A DNA stretch of 64,000 nt, from positions 96,001 to 160,000 of IMG/VR virus record IMGVR_UViG_3300014204_000111; one strand, given 5' to 3'. This DNA is from a virus (Duplodnaviria; Caudoviricetes). Position numbers and translations under genes: made by a program. The notes under the pieces are model-generated. The model ran no database searches and had not been told where the DNA came from. It saw only the letters and a program-made list of their open reading frames with translations. This document shows positions 1 through 9,260 of the stretch, in pieces. Position 1 is the first letter of the stretch. Every line of letters starts with the position of its first letter.

Positions 1-321
1 ATTCCGCTCAATAGACCTATATATATTGGTTGTATTTTTAAAAAACAATATAAACTAAAGAGTCTCAAAGAACATTGGAAGTCCATTATTTCAGATAAAA
101 TTTTAGAGATTTATATTGTTGAAGATGGTTATGATTATGATGATATTGACAACACTTGTTACAAAGTAACAGTAGTATTATCTGATGATTTCTTTATGGA
201 GCTATATAATGAAAATAAAGATACTGAATTTTTTGGACATGGTAAACTTAGTGATGTATTAAGATATAATGAAAAAGATTATTTAGGATTTTGTAAATAT
301 AGCAAGGATGATGATGATTAA
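1..321 (+). CDS. Hypothetical protein, 5'-truncated by window edge
   Basis: Frame 1 is open from base 1 (IPLNRPIYIG...YSKDDDD) to TAA at 319-321. Confidence 0.6.
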   Translation: MPLNRPIYIGCIFKKQYKLKSLKEHWKSIISDKILEIYIVEDGYDYDDIDNTCYKVTVVLSDDFFMELYNENKDTEFFGHGKLSDVLRYNEKDYLGFCKYSKDDDD

Positions 322-464
322 TGTAATTAAAAGAATTTGTTATTTTCTTAAGATAGTTATCTGGAAAAAATATAAGGAAATTGAGGGATATAAAAGTTAT
401 CTGGTAACTATAAAAATGGTTAATCGTAACTTTGATGTAATTAAGAATTTTGAAAGGACACAAA

Positions 465-1226
465 ATGCAAATATTAAGTAATCAAATTTTATTTAAAGCA
501 ATTAGTGGAAGTCATCTTTATGGATTAAACGAGGAAGGGTCAGATATAGATTATGAGGGAGTTTATATGCCATCTCCTTCTGCACTTCTAGGTATTCGTG
601 CTCTTGAAAACGCAAAACATAGTAAGGGTACAGATGTTGATGTTACAATGTATTCTTTGCAGCAATATGGAAAGCTTTTAACAACTTCTAATTTCAAGGC
701 TCTTGAGACTTTATTTGCTACTGAAGATAAGATTATTCAATGTACACCAGAATTTAGAGCAGCTTTTATAGACCACAAAAAGTTATTTATATCTAATGAT
801 ATTCTTCAACCTTTACATGGTTTTGCTGTTTCTAATTTTAGTAGAATTGATAAATGTCCTTCTGATACGACCTCTCGTAGAATTTTGTTTGATAAATTAG
901 GATATGATTCAAAATATCTTATGCATTGTGTTAGGATTTTAAAAACAGGTGTACATCTAATTACTACGGGTGAATTTAAAGTAGATTGGAGCAATGAAAG
1001 AGAATATTTTTTAGATATCAAGCATGGACGTATTTCTAAACAAAAGGCTTTGCAAGAAGCAGAAGCTTGTAAATCATTAATTCTAACTATAATGCAGCAT
1101 GGTAAAAAGGAAAATTACAATACATATAACTATGTTAATGAACAGGTTATATGTATGAGCAAAAATTGGTTGTTAAATCTAAAGCAAGCGATGACTGATT
1201 TTATGCCTCTTAATTCTGAGCAATAA
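465..1226 (+). CDS. Pol-beta superfamily nucleotidyltransferase (RlaP/YcgL/T4 NrdC.11-like)
   Basis: GSHLYGLNEEGSDIDYEGVY (hGS-x9-DxD signature) plus C-terminal GYDSKYLMHCVR and LDIKHG motifs; ATG 465 follows AAAGGA. Confidence 0.85.
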   Translation: MQILSNQILFKAISGSHLYGLNEEGSDIDYEGVYMPSPSALLGIRALENAKHSKGTDVDVTMYSLQQYGKLLTTSNFKALETLFATEDKIIQCTPEFRAAFIDHKKLFISNDILQPLHGFAVSNFSRIDKCPSDTTSRRILFDKLGYDSKYLMHCVRILKTGVHLITTGEFKVDWSNEREYFLDIKHGRISKQKALQEAEACKSLILTIMQHGKKENYNTYNYVNEQVICMSKNWLLNLKQAMTDFMPLNSEQ

Positions 1227-2406
1227 AGGAGATAACTATGTTTTTAGTTTTTGTTGGCTTACTCTTTGCAGGTGTTATAGGTGCTGTTATAGCCTATGGT
1301 ATTCATGTCTTTGGCTCTTCAATTCAATATAGGTACGAAATATGGGAATATGAAGAGGAAGGATATGGAAGATTTTGGGTTCCAATGATAATTAATTATC
1401 GTCTATGGAAATCTGGAGAAACCGAAGAATGTAATAAAAATGGTTATGAATGGCTGGGGTTATTTAATTTTTCTGATAAAGATAAGATTATTGCCTCTTC
1501 AGCAGCAGATAGTCATCTTTGTGGTGGTATTATTATTTATTGGATTGATGAAGTGCCTCGTCTTAGTGAACAGCAAGCTATTGACAAAATTCATCAATAT
1601 ATCAAACAGGAACAAGATGATTATAACCATCAACATCCTAAGTTTATTTCAAAAAAGGTGATTTAAATGTGGCCTTTTAAAAGCAAGAAGAAAGATTCGA
1701 TATTACCAGATTATTCTATCAATAAGTTATTCGCTCAGATTGAGAAAGAGATGGATAAATACGAGATTATTATAGAGACTTTTAATGATGGTCGAGTACA
1801 ATTTTATTATACACACAATGGAAGTGGTTATGTATGGGGAGAGGATGAGCCAGAGAAAAGAAGAGTCAAAGGACAATCTTGTAGATGGACGGATAAAAAC
1901 GAAATGCTGGAAGATTTGAGGCAAACTATTATTAAAGCATTAAAAGGTCAATTTTCTGAGGTTAAATTATCTTCAGTGGCAGCAAAAGAGAATATTGATT
2001 ATATTCTTGGTAATATAGAATGTCAGGATAGATGTAAAATGATTGAAGGATATGTTAGAGAATTATGTTGTTCTAAGCTTGGAGCAGATGCTTTTAAAGA
2101 AGCATCAAGTGAGTAAAGAGCGTTTTCAAGGCTCTTTTTTATATGAAATTGATATTAGTTATTAATAACAAAGGAGAAATAGAAAATGTTTGGGATTATT
2201 TTTATTTCTATTTTATACTGTCTCGGAGTATATCTATGTTTATATTCATTATATACTTCTTTTAATCAAGTATCGTTGATTTCTTTTATAGTAGCATTAT
2301 TTTGGCCTCTATCTTTGATAGTTGGGATGATTATATTATTAATTTTGAAATTAAATAAATCCAGCAATTCTGTTTGAACAACGAAGCAGAGGGTATAATA
2401 AGTCAT

Positions 2407-2523
2407 GGGCGAGGGTTTGGAATCACCAGCGGAAGAGCGGAACGGATTCGACTTCCGTATACTCCATCACGGGGTATAACCGGGTTCAGCACCGCCAAGT
2501 GGGTTCGATTCCCATCTTGTCCA
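2407..2523 (+). ncRNA. Double tRNA-like-domain RNA (outer normal + inner permuted), both with G3:U70/A73 alanine identity
   Basis: Outer acceptor GGGCGAG 2407-13 / CTTGTCC-A 2516-23 and T arm GTGGG-TTCGATT-CCCAT. Inner T arm ACGGA-TTCGACT-TCCGT, then ATACTCC-A-TCAC-GGGGTAT. Own promoter at 2371-2399. Confidence 0.75.
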
Positions 2524-3256
2524 TTTATAGGAGATATAAATGTATATTCAAAATCGTCTTTTTGATACAATGAAAATGAGGACTATAACTAAACGAATAG
2601 TATTGCAATTAGCATATAAAGATTTTATTGCACGTTTTCGTTTGAGGTCTAGAGTTGGTCTTTCTTACAAAGTATATTACAAGGGTATTTGTATTGGAGA
2701 AGGAGACCAAAATGGATATTCAAGTAAGTTAACTTATAAGAATCATACAAGTCATCCTCTTGCTGATGAGTTAATTAAAATTCAAGATACATGTTGTGAT
2801 AAATGTTATTATCAATATAATATTGAGGTCTGGAATGGCAAATAATCCTTTAACGAATTATATTCATCAACTTAGCGATGTCAATGATAATTTTACAACT
2901 ACTCATATAGTTACTTATACAGGTACTCCTGAACAAATTTTTTTTGAAAGAATGAAAGAGGAATTAATGAAGAGACCTGAAGTTTCTTCTTCTAAAGAAG
3001 ATGAAGATTTCAAGTTGTATTGTTGTGGAATGGATATTAACTATCGTCTAAATAAAAAGAATTTTATGGTTTTTGATATTTGGAGTAATGATTATAAATT
3101 TTACTCTATCTATGTCAATTATACAGATAAAGAAATTGCAGATTGTAAAATAAAGATTTTTTGTAAGAATGATATCTGTGGTACATTCTTTTTGATTAAT
3201 GATTTTTTGGCTATTCTTAATGATTGTTTGGAAGTAATTAATTCAGAGGTGACAAA

Positions 3257-3454
3257 ATGATTAAAGTTTCAGAAGCCGTCTATAATGGTCTTGTTGCTGT
3301 CCGTGATTCTGGTGAAACTAATATGATAGATTATCAGACAGTTATGGAGTTAGCTCTTGATTATGGGTATACAGAAACAGTTGATTGGATGGAAGGCCAT
3401 AAGAGTGAGTATGCTAAAGGTATTTTTGAAGGTTTTGAAATAGGAGAAGAATAA
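3257..3454 (+). CDS. DUF5049-like small phage protein
   Basis: AVRDSGETNMIDYQTVMELA motif. Confidence 0.6.
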   Translation: MIKVSEAVYNGLVAVRDSGETNMIDYQTVMELALDYGYTETVDWMEGHKSEYAKGIFEGFEIGEE

Positions 3455-4238
3455 ATGAATATTAAGAAGTTTTTAGCAATTACACTTGCTTACATGGCAG
3501 GAATGTTGACTTTTCTTTTATTTATGCCACCTTTTCATTGGTGGAGTGTTTTTACAGTTATCGCAATTGCTCTTAACTTATGGATGTCGTCTGATGATAT
3601 TGAGCGCTATGTTCAAGATAGGATGAAGAGCAAAGAATGAGTTACTATAAGTATTATAAGTATTTTGGTGTGTTATTTGGAATGAGTGCTGGAGTATTGT
3701 TTTTGTGTTTATTGGTAGCTCCATTTAACATTATATTTTATCTTTCATTCGCTCTTTATATTTTCCTAGCATTAAATTGTATTGATGAATATGCTAACAA
3801 AAGAATTAGTGGTAAAAAATGAAAAGTTTAAAAAATTATTCTTTAAATGAGCTTCAGCATTTTGCTTGTCTTGCTGCACGGGGATATATGGCCTCTCCTA
3901 GTGGAAAAGATATATGGGATATTTGTATTCAAGATACTCCTCCTCTTTTTCTTAAAATGGATAAGGCTAATTATGAGTATTTTGAAGAAATGGTCTCTTT
4001 TCTATATCGTGGTGAAAAGTTAAAATTATATTTAGATGCAGTAATTACTGAGCTTGATACAATAAAGCATTATAAAGGATATAGACATTTTGATAATAAG
4101 TCTTTGTCTCTTAAGCTTCTTAAGTTAGAAGAGAAAGCTAGGATTATGCGTCACAAATTGAAAGTAGATGTAGAATGCTAAAGTTTTAAAAAGGATAAGA
4201 AATGAAGATAGCAAAATATAGAAAAGATGGAGATACAA

Positions 4239-4334
4239 ATGAATGGTATTATTTATGCCTCTCCCGTGATTGGCTCAGACGGAACAGTATATATTACAAG
4301 TATGGATGGAAAGTTATATGCTTTCGGAGATTAG
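4239..4334 (+). CDS. 31-aa peptide equal to a single PQQ/BamB-type beta-propeller repeat
   Basis: MNGIIYASPVIGSDGTVYITSMDGKLYAFGD; GGAGA RBS upstream; not in the ORF track. Confidence 0.5.
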   Translation: MNGIIYASPVIGSDGTVYITSMDGKLYAFGD

Positions 4335-4817
4335 AAGAGAAATAACTCCTGCTTCAACAAGTCTATGACAATTAGCACATAAAAGAACGCATTTTTTAAG
4401 TTCTTCAAAAAGAATATCTAATGACTTTCTATGCATAGAATCTGCTATGGCAAAAGATTTGGTTGAAGGGTCAATATGATGACAATCGAAAATTCTAGTA
4501 TTAATACCATCGTGTTTAATACCACAATGAACACATATTCCACCTAATTTTTCAACAATTTTTTGTTGTTTGAGTTTGTAATGCTTTCTTTTTGTAAGAG
4601 AAATATTTTGAGAATGATGTTGACGATATGCTTTTTGTTTTTCTTGTTTTTCTTGAGAGGAGATATATTTTCTACCAGAATGACCTCTTATATATTGTCT
4701 AGGTTTGCCATTGGCTCCCATTTGTGAAATAAGGTTCCCACAACCACACGCGCACTCAATTATTGGAGATTGAGCCTGTCTTTCTTTCATTTTAGTTTTT
4801 CTTTGTTGATTACTCAT
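4314..4817 (-). CDS. HNH endonuclease (free-standing, homing type)
   Basis: CACGCG N-terminal motif, CVHCG, FDCHHIDP, LLCANCHR; inserted opposite to its neighbours. Confidence 0.85.
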   Translation of the reverse strand: MSNQQRKTKMKERQAQSPIIECACGCGNLISQMGANGKPRQYIRGHSGRKYISSQEKQEKQKAYRQHHSQNISLTKRKHYKLKQQKIVEKLGGICVHCGIKHDGINTRIFDCHHIDPSTKSFAIADSMHRKSLDILFEELKKCVLLCANCHRLVEAGVISLLISESI

Positions 4818-4930
4818 AATATTATTTACCCAATTATTCTACTATTCCGAAAATTACGGAATTGTTTCTTTTCTTGTCAAGGTTAAATTTTGGTAAAATG
4901 TTTGAAATCCTGTGGTCTGGGTATAATATA

Positions 4931-5030
4931 GGGCAAGAGAGGAACAGGTTCGAGTCCTGGCCTGCGGACGAGAGAAGCGATTCTTTCTATCCGTGGTGTA
5001 AGGTAGTTTAAACGGTGAACACTCTTGCTT
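4931..5030 (+). ncRNA. Circularly permuted tRNA-like RNA #1 (YrlA-like topology)
   Basis: Ends pair GGGCAAGAG/CTCTTGCTT; T arm CAGG-TTCGAGT-CCTG; closed, extended acceptor hairpin; TA then D arm GTTT-AAACGGT-GAAC; starts just after TATAAT. Confidence 0.8.
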
Positions 5031-5050
5031 TAAATTTTGTGAGGTGCAAC

Positions 5051-6118
5051 ATGGACGAACATATCAAGAATTTTATTAACAATGCGTCTGAGCAAGAATG
5101 TGCTGTGCTTTCACTTATGATTTATGAGCGTAAGCGTTATCTTATTTCTAAAAGAGGATTAGAGGTTCTTTCTGAATTAAGAATAGGTAGTAAAGTTACA
5201 TTTAATGGTAATCAAGGCCAAGTATTTACAGGTAATATTACTAAAATTAATCGTAAAACCGCTAATGTTCATACTACGATAGGTCAAAATTGGAATGTTG
5301 CTCTGTCTTTGCTAAAGGTCATTGAATAATGACAAAGTATGCTGTTATTAAAGAACCAAATCCTTATGCTTGGAGTTCTGGTTGCACAGTTTCACTTACT
5401 GATAGTTTAATAGAAGCGAGAAGTTGGTATGATAATGATAAAGAGCTTATGAAAAATGGACATTATGCTTCAGTAAGTCTGGTAGAGCTTATAGTTATTG
5501 AAGAAGAAGATTGTCCTAATGCAATATTACAAGATAATGGTTCCCAAGATTAGGAGATAATATGTTATTATTTTTTGGTTGTTTATTTTTGTTAATTGGT
5601 ATTAGTGGTTTTATTCTTATGAAGATAAATCATAAAAATAAGAGTATATCTATCAGTATAATGCCTAAAATTGAAGAGGTTGATGGCAGGTTTCATATTA
5701 CCCATACAGATGGAACAGACAAGTGGTGTAATACCAAACAAGAAGCAAGAGATTTTTGCGATATGAAAGCCATTGAATGTTTGGATAAAATTAAGGCTGC
5801 ATTAACTAATTTACAGGATGATAAAAAATGAGAATGTTGGTGGTGATAGAGAATAGTTGGTCAGGACTTAAAGTTAAGTTAGTTTGTGATATTAATGATA
5901 TAAATATTGTTACAAAATATCGTGACAAAATAAAACATAATGTAAATAAAGATTATTTACCAATATGTATGCAATCATTTAATAATATATTAGCTAAAGC
6001 AAAAACATACAAACTTAAACCTGGAGAATGTAGAAAAATACAGTTAGCAAGTGGAGATAGACAATTTTTTGTAACAGAAGTTAATGTTTATAATATAAAT
6101 ATGGATATTGAATTATGA
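5051..6118 (+). other. Four small hypothetical genes (5051-5329, 5329-5553, 5562-5831, 5828-6118)
   Basis: Coupled ORFs; the first has an SH3-like C-terminus (G-x-ITKINRKTA...WNV). Confidence 0.7.
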
Positions 6119-6600
6119 TTAAAGTTGGAATTGCACCTTATTTAGAATGTAGTTCAAGAGGAAATAAATGCTTTTCTGCTTTTTATGCCAGGATTAAAAA
6201 GAGAAATAACTCTTCTATTGAAGAGATATATCAAGCATCTAAAGTTTTTGAAGATGGTTCAACAAACCTGAATATAGCAGAGGCCAGAGGAAAGGTCGCA
6301 ATAAATCAAGAAGAATGCTCTTTATTATATTCAATGCTTTGGGAAGAATACATTGCAGAGAATCCAGATTTAATTGAAATTTTAATTAATGCTACTGGTC
6401 TTTCAGATATGTATGGTCAGGAAGGCCATTGTTGTCAGGCTCTTGAGCTTTGGAGAATTAGAAATAACTTTATAGAAATAAAGAGTTTAAGTGATGATAT
6501 GTTAAAAGCCGCCGAGAGTTCAATGGGGTTTTGGGATAATGAAGAGGATGAAACTTGGGATGAATCTTTTGTGCCTGCTACTAATTGGGGTACTAAATGA
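6115..6600 (+). CDS. NADAR-like protein (resembles DarT1-associated NADAR/DUF6977 family)
   Basis: LECSSRG..FSAFYA...SIEEIYQASKVFEDG pattern resembles the LEISxKS..LSAFNL..VE..FQ.SKVFE consensus, recalled from memory. Confidence 0.5.
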   Translation: MIKVGIAPYLECSSRGNKCFSAFYARIKKRNNSSIEEIYQASKVFEDGSTNLNIAEARGKVAINQEECSLLYSMLWEEYIAENPDLIEILINATGLSDMYGQEGHCCQALELWRIRNNFIEIKSLSDDMLKAAESSMGFWDNEEDETWDESFVPATNWGTK

Positions 6601-6860
6601 TTAAAGCACCTTGGACAAATTGGCAACAAGAATCAATTAAAGCATTTCAATTAATGAATTTGCTTCACCCATTTACTTGTGGGAATGATTCATGCAGAGC
6701 AGAACATAAAGAAAGTTTGATAATTAATGATGGACTTCTTTATTGTCCTCATTGTGGATACACTCAGGATTGGGTTCACGAAATTATGGCAAATTGGCAA
6801 TGGATTTTTGTTCATTGCTCTAAAGAAGAGTATAGCCAATTCAAACAAAATTTAAAATGA
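6597..6860 (+). CDS. Zn-ribbon phage protein
   Basis: HPFTCG...CPHCGYTQDW. Confidence 0.6.
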   Translation: MIKAPWTNWQQESIKAFQLMNLLHPFTCGNDSCRAEHKESLIINDGLLYCPHCGYTQDWVHEIMANWQWIFVHCSKEEYSQFKQNLK

Positions 6861-7082
6861 GAACTAATATACTTAAATTTCATCTTTATTTGATTCGTAG
6901 ACATTTATCATATTTGCGTCGTCCTATTTTATTGAATCATAGAATTGATGATTTATTTTTATTAAGAAGAATAAATGGTCATACTCCTTGGTTTACAATA
7001 GGATGTAATAAAGTATGGAATTATATAAAAGAACTTTCTAAGGAGACGGTTTAGAGTCTGAAATTTTGGGTATAATAAAGTC

Positions 7083-7164
7083 TAGTGCGGAGATTCAGGT
7101 GCAAGTCCTGACTGCCCAGGCGAAAACGCCAGCAGATAGTTTAAGTAGCAGAATACCGCCATTG
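7083..7164 (+). ncRNA. Circularly permuted tRNA-like RNA #2
   Basis: GCGG/CCGC closing stem; T arm TCAGG-TGCAAGT-CCTGA; CTGC/GCAG acceptor capped by GGCG-AAAA-CGCC; TA-GTTT-AAGTAGCA-GAAT D arm; own promoter. Confidence 0.8.
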
Positions 7165-7196
7165 TTTAGTTCTTTATCTTTTTGGGTATAATACAA

Positions 7197-7270
7197 TGCG
7201 GGATAGAGAAGTAGTTACTCGGAAGGCTCATACCCTTCAAACGTGGGTGCAAATCCCACTCCCGCAACCA
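7197..7270 (+). tRNA. tRNA-Met(CAT)
   Basis: Acceptor TGCGGGA/TCCCGCA-A-CCA; anticodon arm GAAGG-CTCATAC-CCTTC; T arm GTGGG-TGCAAAT-CCCAC. Initiator/elongator/Ile2 class not resolved. Confidence 0.9.
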
Positions 7271-7285
7271 TTTTGGAGGTTAATT

Positions 7286-7495
7286 ATGAATACTTCGCTA
7301 CTTAAAGAGAAAGTAAAAGAGTTAATCTCTTTATTTGAAGATATTAAGTGTGCTCAGAAAGAATATGAAGAAGAAATGCTTTTCTTATCTCTTTTTGCTG
7401 ATACCTTGAAATGGATGGATGAACATTCTCGTTCTGGAGCAGCAAAACAATTAAAATATATTTTTGAAAAAAGGATTGAAGGAAAGAGTTATTAA
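7286..7495 (+). CDS. Hypothetical protein
   Basis: GGAGG RBS then ATG 7286; the longer ORF-track start overlaps the tRNA. Confidence 0.7.
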   Translation: MNTSLLKEKVKELISLFEDIKCAQKEYEEEMLFLSLFADTLKWMDEHSRSGAAKQLKYIFEKRIEGKSY

Positions 7496-7507
7496 TTAGT
7501 TTAACAA

Positions 7508-7583
7508 TGAGAGTGTGGTGTAATCAGGTAGCACGCATTTTTTGGAAAAATGGGGCGCAGTTCAAATCTGACACTTTCAACCA
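7508..7583 (+). tRNA. tRNA-Pro(TGG), atypical T stem
   Basis: (T)GAGAGTG/CACTTTC(A)-A-CCA; D arm GTG..GGTAGCAC; CATTT-TTTGGAA-AAATG; TTCAAAT loop on a short stem. Confidence 0.75.
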
Positions 7584-7900
7584 TATTAATAGGAGAAAAA
7601 TGATAAATGAATTTACATTATGTTGGCAGATATGATAATGGAGTTTTTACTGAATCACCTGTAAAAGAAATGTCTAAAGAAATATTTTGTGATGGAATGG
7701 GTAGTCAATGGAATTATACTTTTCGAGATATAGATTTTTTCTTTTATAGACATGGTTTTAAGATAGAAGTAGAAGATGATTTGGCTATTACAAAAATTGG
7801 AGATATCATTTATTATTTCACAATAAGTTAATTTTTGAAAGCTTGTTTGAAGTCCTGTCTATTGGGTATAATAAAGAGTGAAGGAAGGAACTCCTTTACG

Positions 7901-7993
7901 AATAGGAGAAGCAGGATTCGATTTCCTGCCATCGCGGATGTGATGTAGTTTAGTCTGGAATACGTCTGCTAGCAAGACAGTAAAACACCTATT
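7901..7993 (+). ncRNA. Circularly permuted tRNA-like RNA #3 with expanded D loop
   Basis: AATAGG/CCTATT; GCAGGA-TTCGATT-TCCTGC; CATCGC-GGAT-GTGATG; TA-GTTT...AAAC enclosing a GTCT/AGAC hairpin. Confidence 0.8.
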
Positions 7994-8033
7994 TTGAAAA
8001 GCCTGTTTAGAATCCAGTAAAACGGGTATAATA

Positions 8034-8148
8034 GTGTTGTAAAGGTAAAGATGGAAGTTCGAATCTTTTCTAGTGCGTTAAAACCCTGCGGTTCTTGCGG
8101 GGGAGCGTTAGTAGCATAAATGGAATAATGCGTTACTGAATTTGACAC
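8034..8148 (+). ncRNA. Circularly permuted tRNA-like RNA #4
   Basis: GTGTTG/TGACAC plus GGTAA/TTACT interrupted terminal stem; GGAAG-TTCGAAT-CTTTT; CTAGTGC/GCGTTAG acceptor with inner hairpin; TA-GCAT-AAATGGAATA-ATGC D arm. Confidence 0.8.
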
Positions 8149-8269
8149 CCGCCACTCGCGGGACATAAGAATGATAAATATGTCATTTCTTTATAAAGAG
8201 GAAACTTCTTTCCTCTAGTTTTAACGGAAGGATTTACAAAGTAAATCCTTCCCTCTTGAACCTTGAAAA

Positions 8270-8925
8270 GTTTGTGTCTAATAAGTTAGAAGAGACGAGT
8301 TGGCTTGCTATTACTGCAAAGCAAGTGAGTGAACCAAAACAGTCTCATATTGAAATATGATAGAGTAAGGAGCTGGACTAAATGTTGCTGCTGGATGCGC
8401 GATATTTAGCCTTACTCATTGTAAGGACGATGTAACGTAGAAAGTACACGTACTCTTTAAGAGATTCGTAGGAAATCTTAGTTTTTCCGTCCAGTTTGAA
8501 AGCAATTGCTGTACCTGACCTGATAGTGGTAGGGGTATGAGGATAGCGAATCATATTTATGGAATCTTACAGATTGACGAATCTATAGGATAAACTATCT
8601 TACGTATGAATTGATTCGTCAATTCAAGAAGCTGCAACTGTTAGGTTGTAGGACTGGTGGGCGTATATAAGATTAAATGCCGCGACCAGTTTGTGATTTT
8701 ATAATCCGAAGAGGATGTCCACCTTCGTTAAAACCTGCGTTGTGTGTTGGCACAGTCAACAGAAAAGCGGACTAATCGTGGTTGACGTTTAAGAGGGCCG
8801 CGACTCTTTATTAACGCGGGTGAAAGCTCTTAAATTGAGAGTGATGGTGAATTATCTTTGGGATAAATTGTGACCATCTAGCGGCCAGCGCTGTGTTGGT
8901 AGATTATCTATCACACTACTGGATT
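8270..8925 (+). ncRNA. Large ornate structured RNA candidate (GOLLD/ROOL-like class, family unassigned)
   Basis: ORF-free, visibly GC-richer than flanks, nearly continuous helices and at least one pseudoknot (AGCTGGA 8371 / TCCAGTT 8490); next to tRNAs. Confidence 0.65.
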
Positions 8926-8958
8926 TTAATATATAATTTTTAGTATAATTTTTAGAAA

Positions 8959-9260
8959 AGATTCTTCTTTGTTTTGCAGTGGCCTTGTCCTAATCTGCTA
9001 GAAGAATCTGTATTTTACTTTGAAAAACTTTAGGATTCAAGTACCTAAGAAACTTAATGTTGTATGATTAGCAACTTCCTAAACGCAAACTTTGAAAATT
9101 TGCAAGAAAAAATAATCAAATGCCATTTCCTTGGCTCACTAATAACTAGATACTTTTAGTGAAAGGAAAGCCATTAGGACGTGTAAGGCTTTAATCTACG
9201 CCCTTAAAAATTGAATCATCGGTCGATTGATGGTGGAAAGACACAAAACCTACCTTTTTT
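8959..9260 (+). ncRNA. Further structured non-coding segment ending in a U tract
   Basis: Hairpin 8959-9009; TTTCCTT..CACTAA/TTAGTG..AAGGAAA; CATCGGTC/GATTGATG; GTG-GAAAGA-CAC; T6 near 9255. Confidence 0.5.

Larger units (their letters stand above)
1238..4181 (+). other. Cluster of ~11 small hypothetical early genes, several membrane-bound (1238-1666, 1667-2116, 2186-2377, 2540-2845, ~2835-3260, 3455-3640, 3637-3822, 3819-4181)
   Basis: Tightly packed or overlapping + strand ORFs, many with AGGAG-type RBS. Confidence 0.7.

Noticed and set aside
2374-2565. 63-aa ORF
   Set aside because: Its TTG start lies inside the promoter and the frame overlies the double-TLD RNA; likely spurious.
7196-7285. 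N-terminal extension of ORF 7196-7495
   Set aside because: Overlaps tRNA-Met; the RBS supports ATG 7286.
7969-8166. Minus-strand ORF (likewise 25168-25362)
   Set aside because: Antisense to promoter-driven structured RNAs, with no RBS.
8270-8925. Group I/II intron or full tmRNA
   Set aside because: No interrupted host gene and no recognisable P7 or domain V; a PK1-like hairpin at ~8706-8735 has no flanking TLD or tag ORF.
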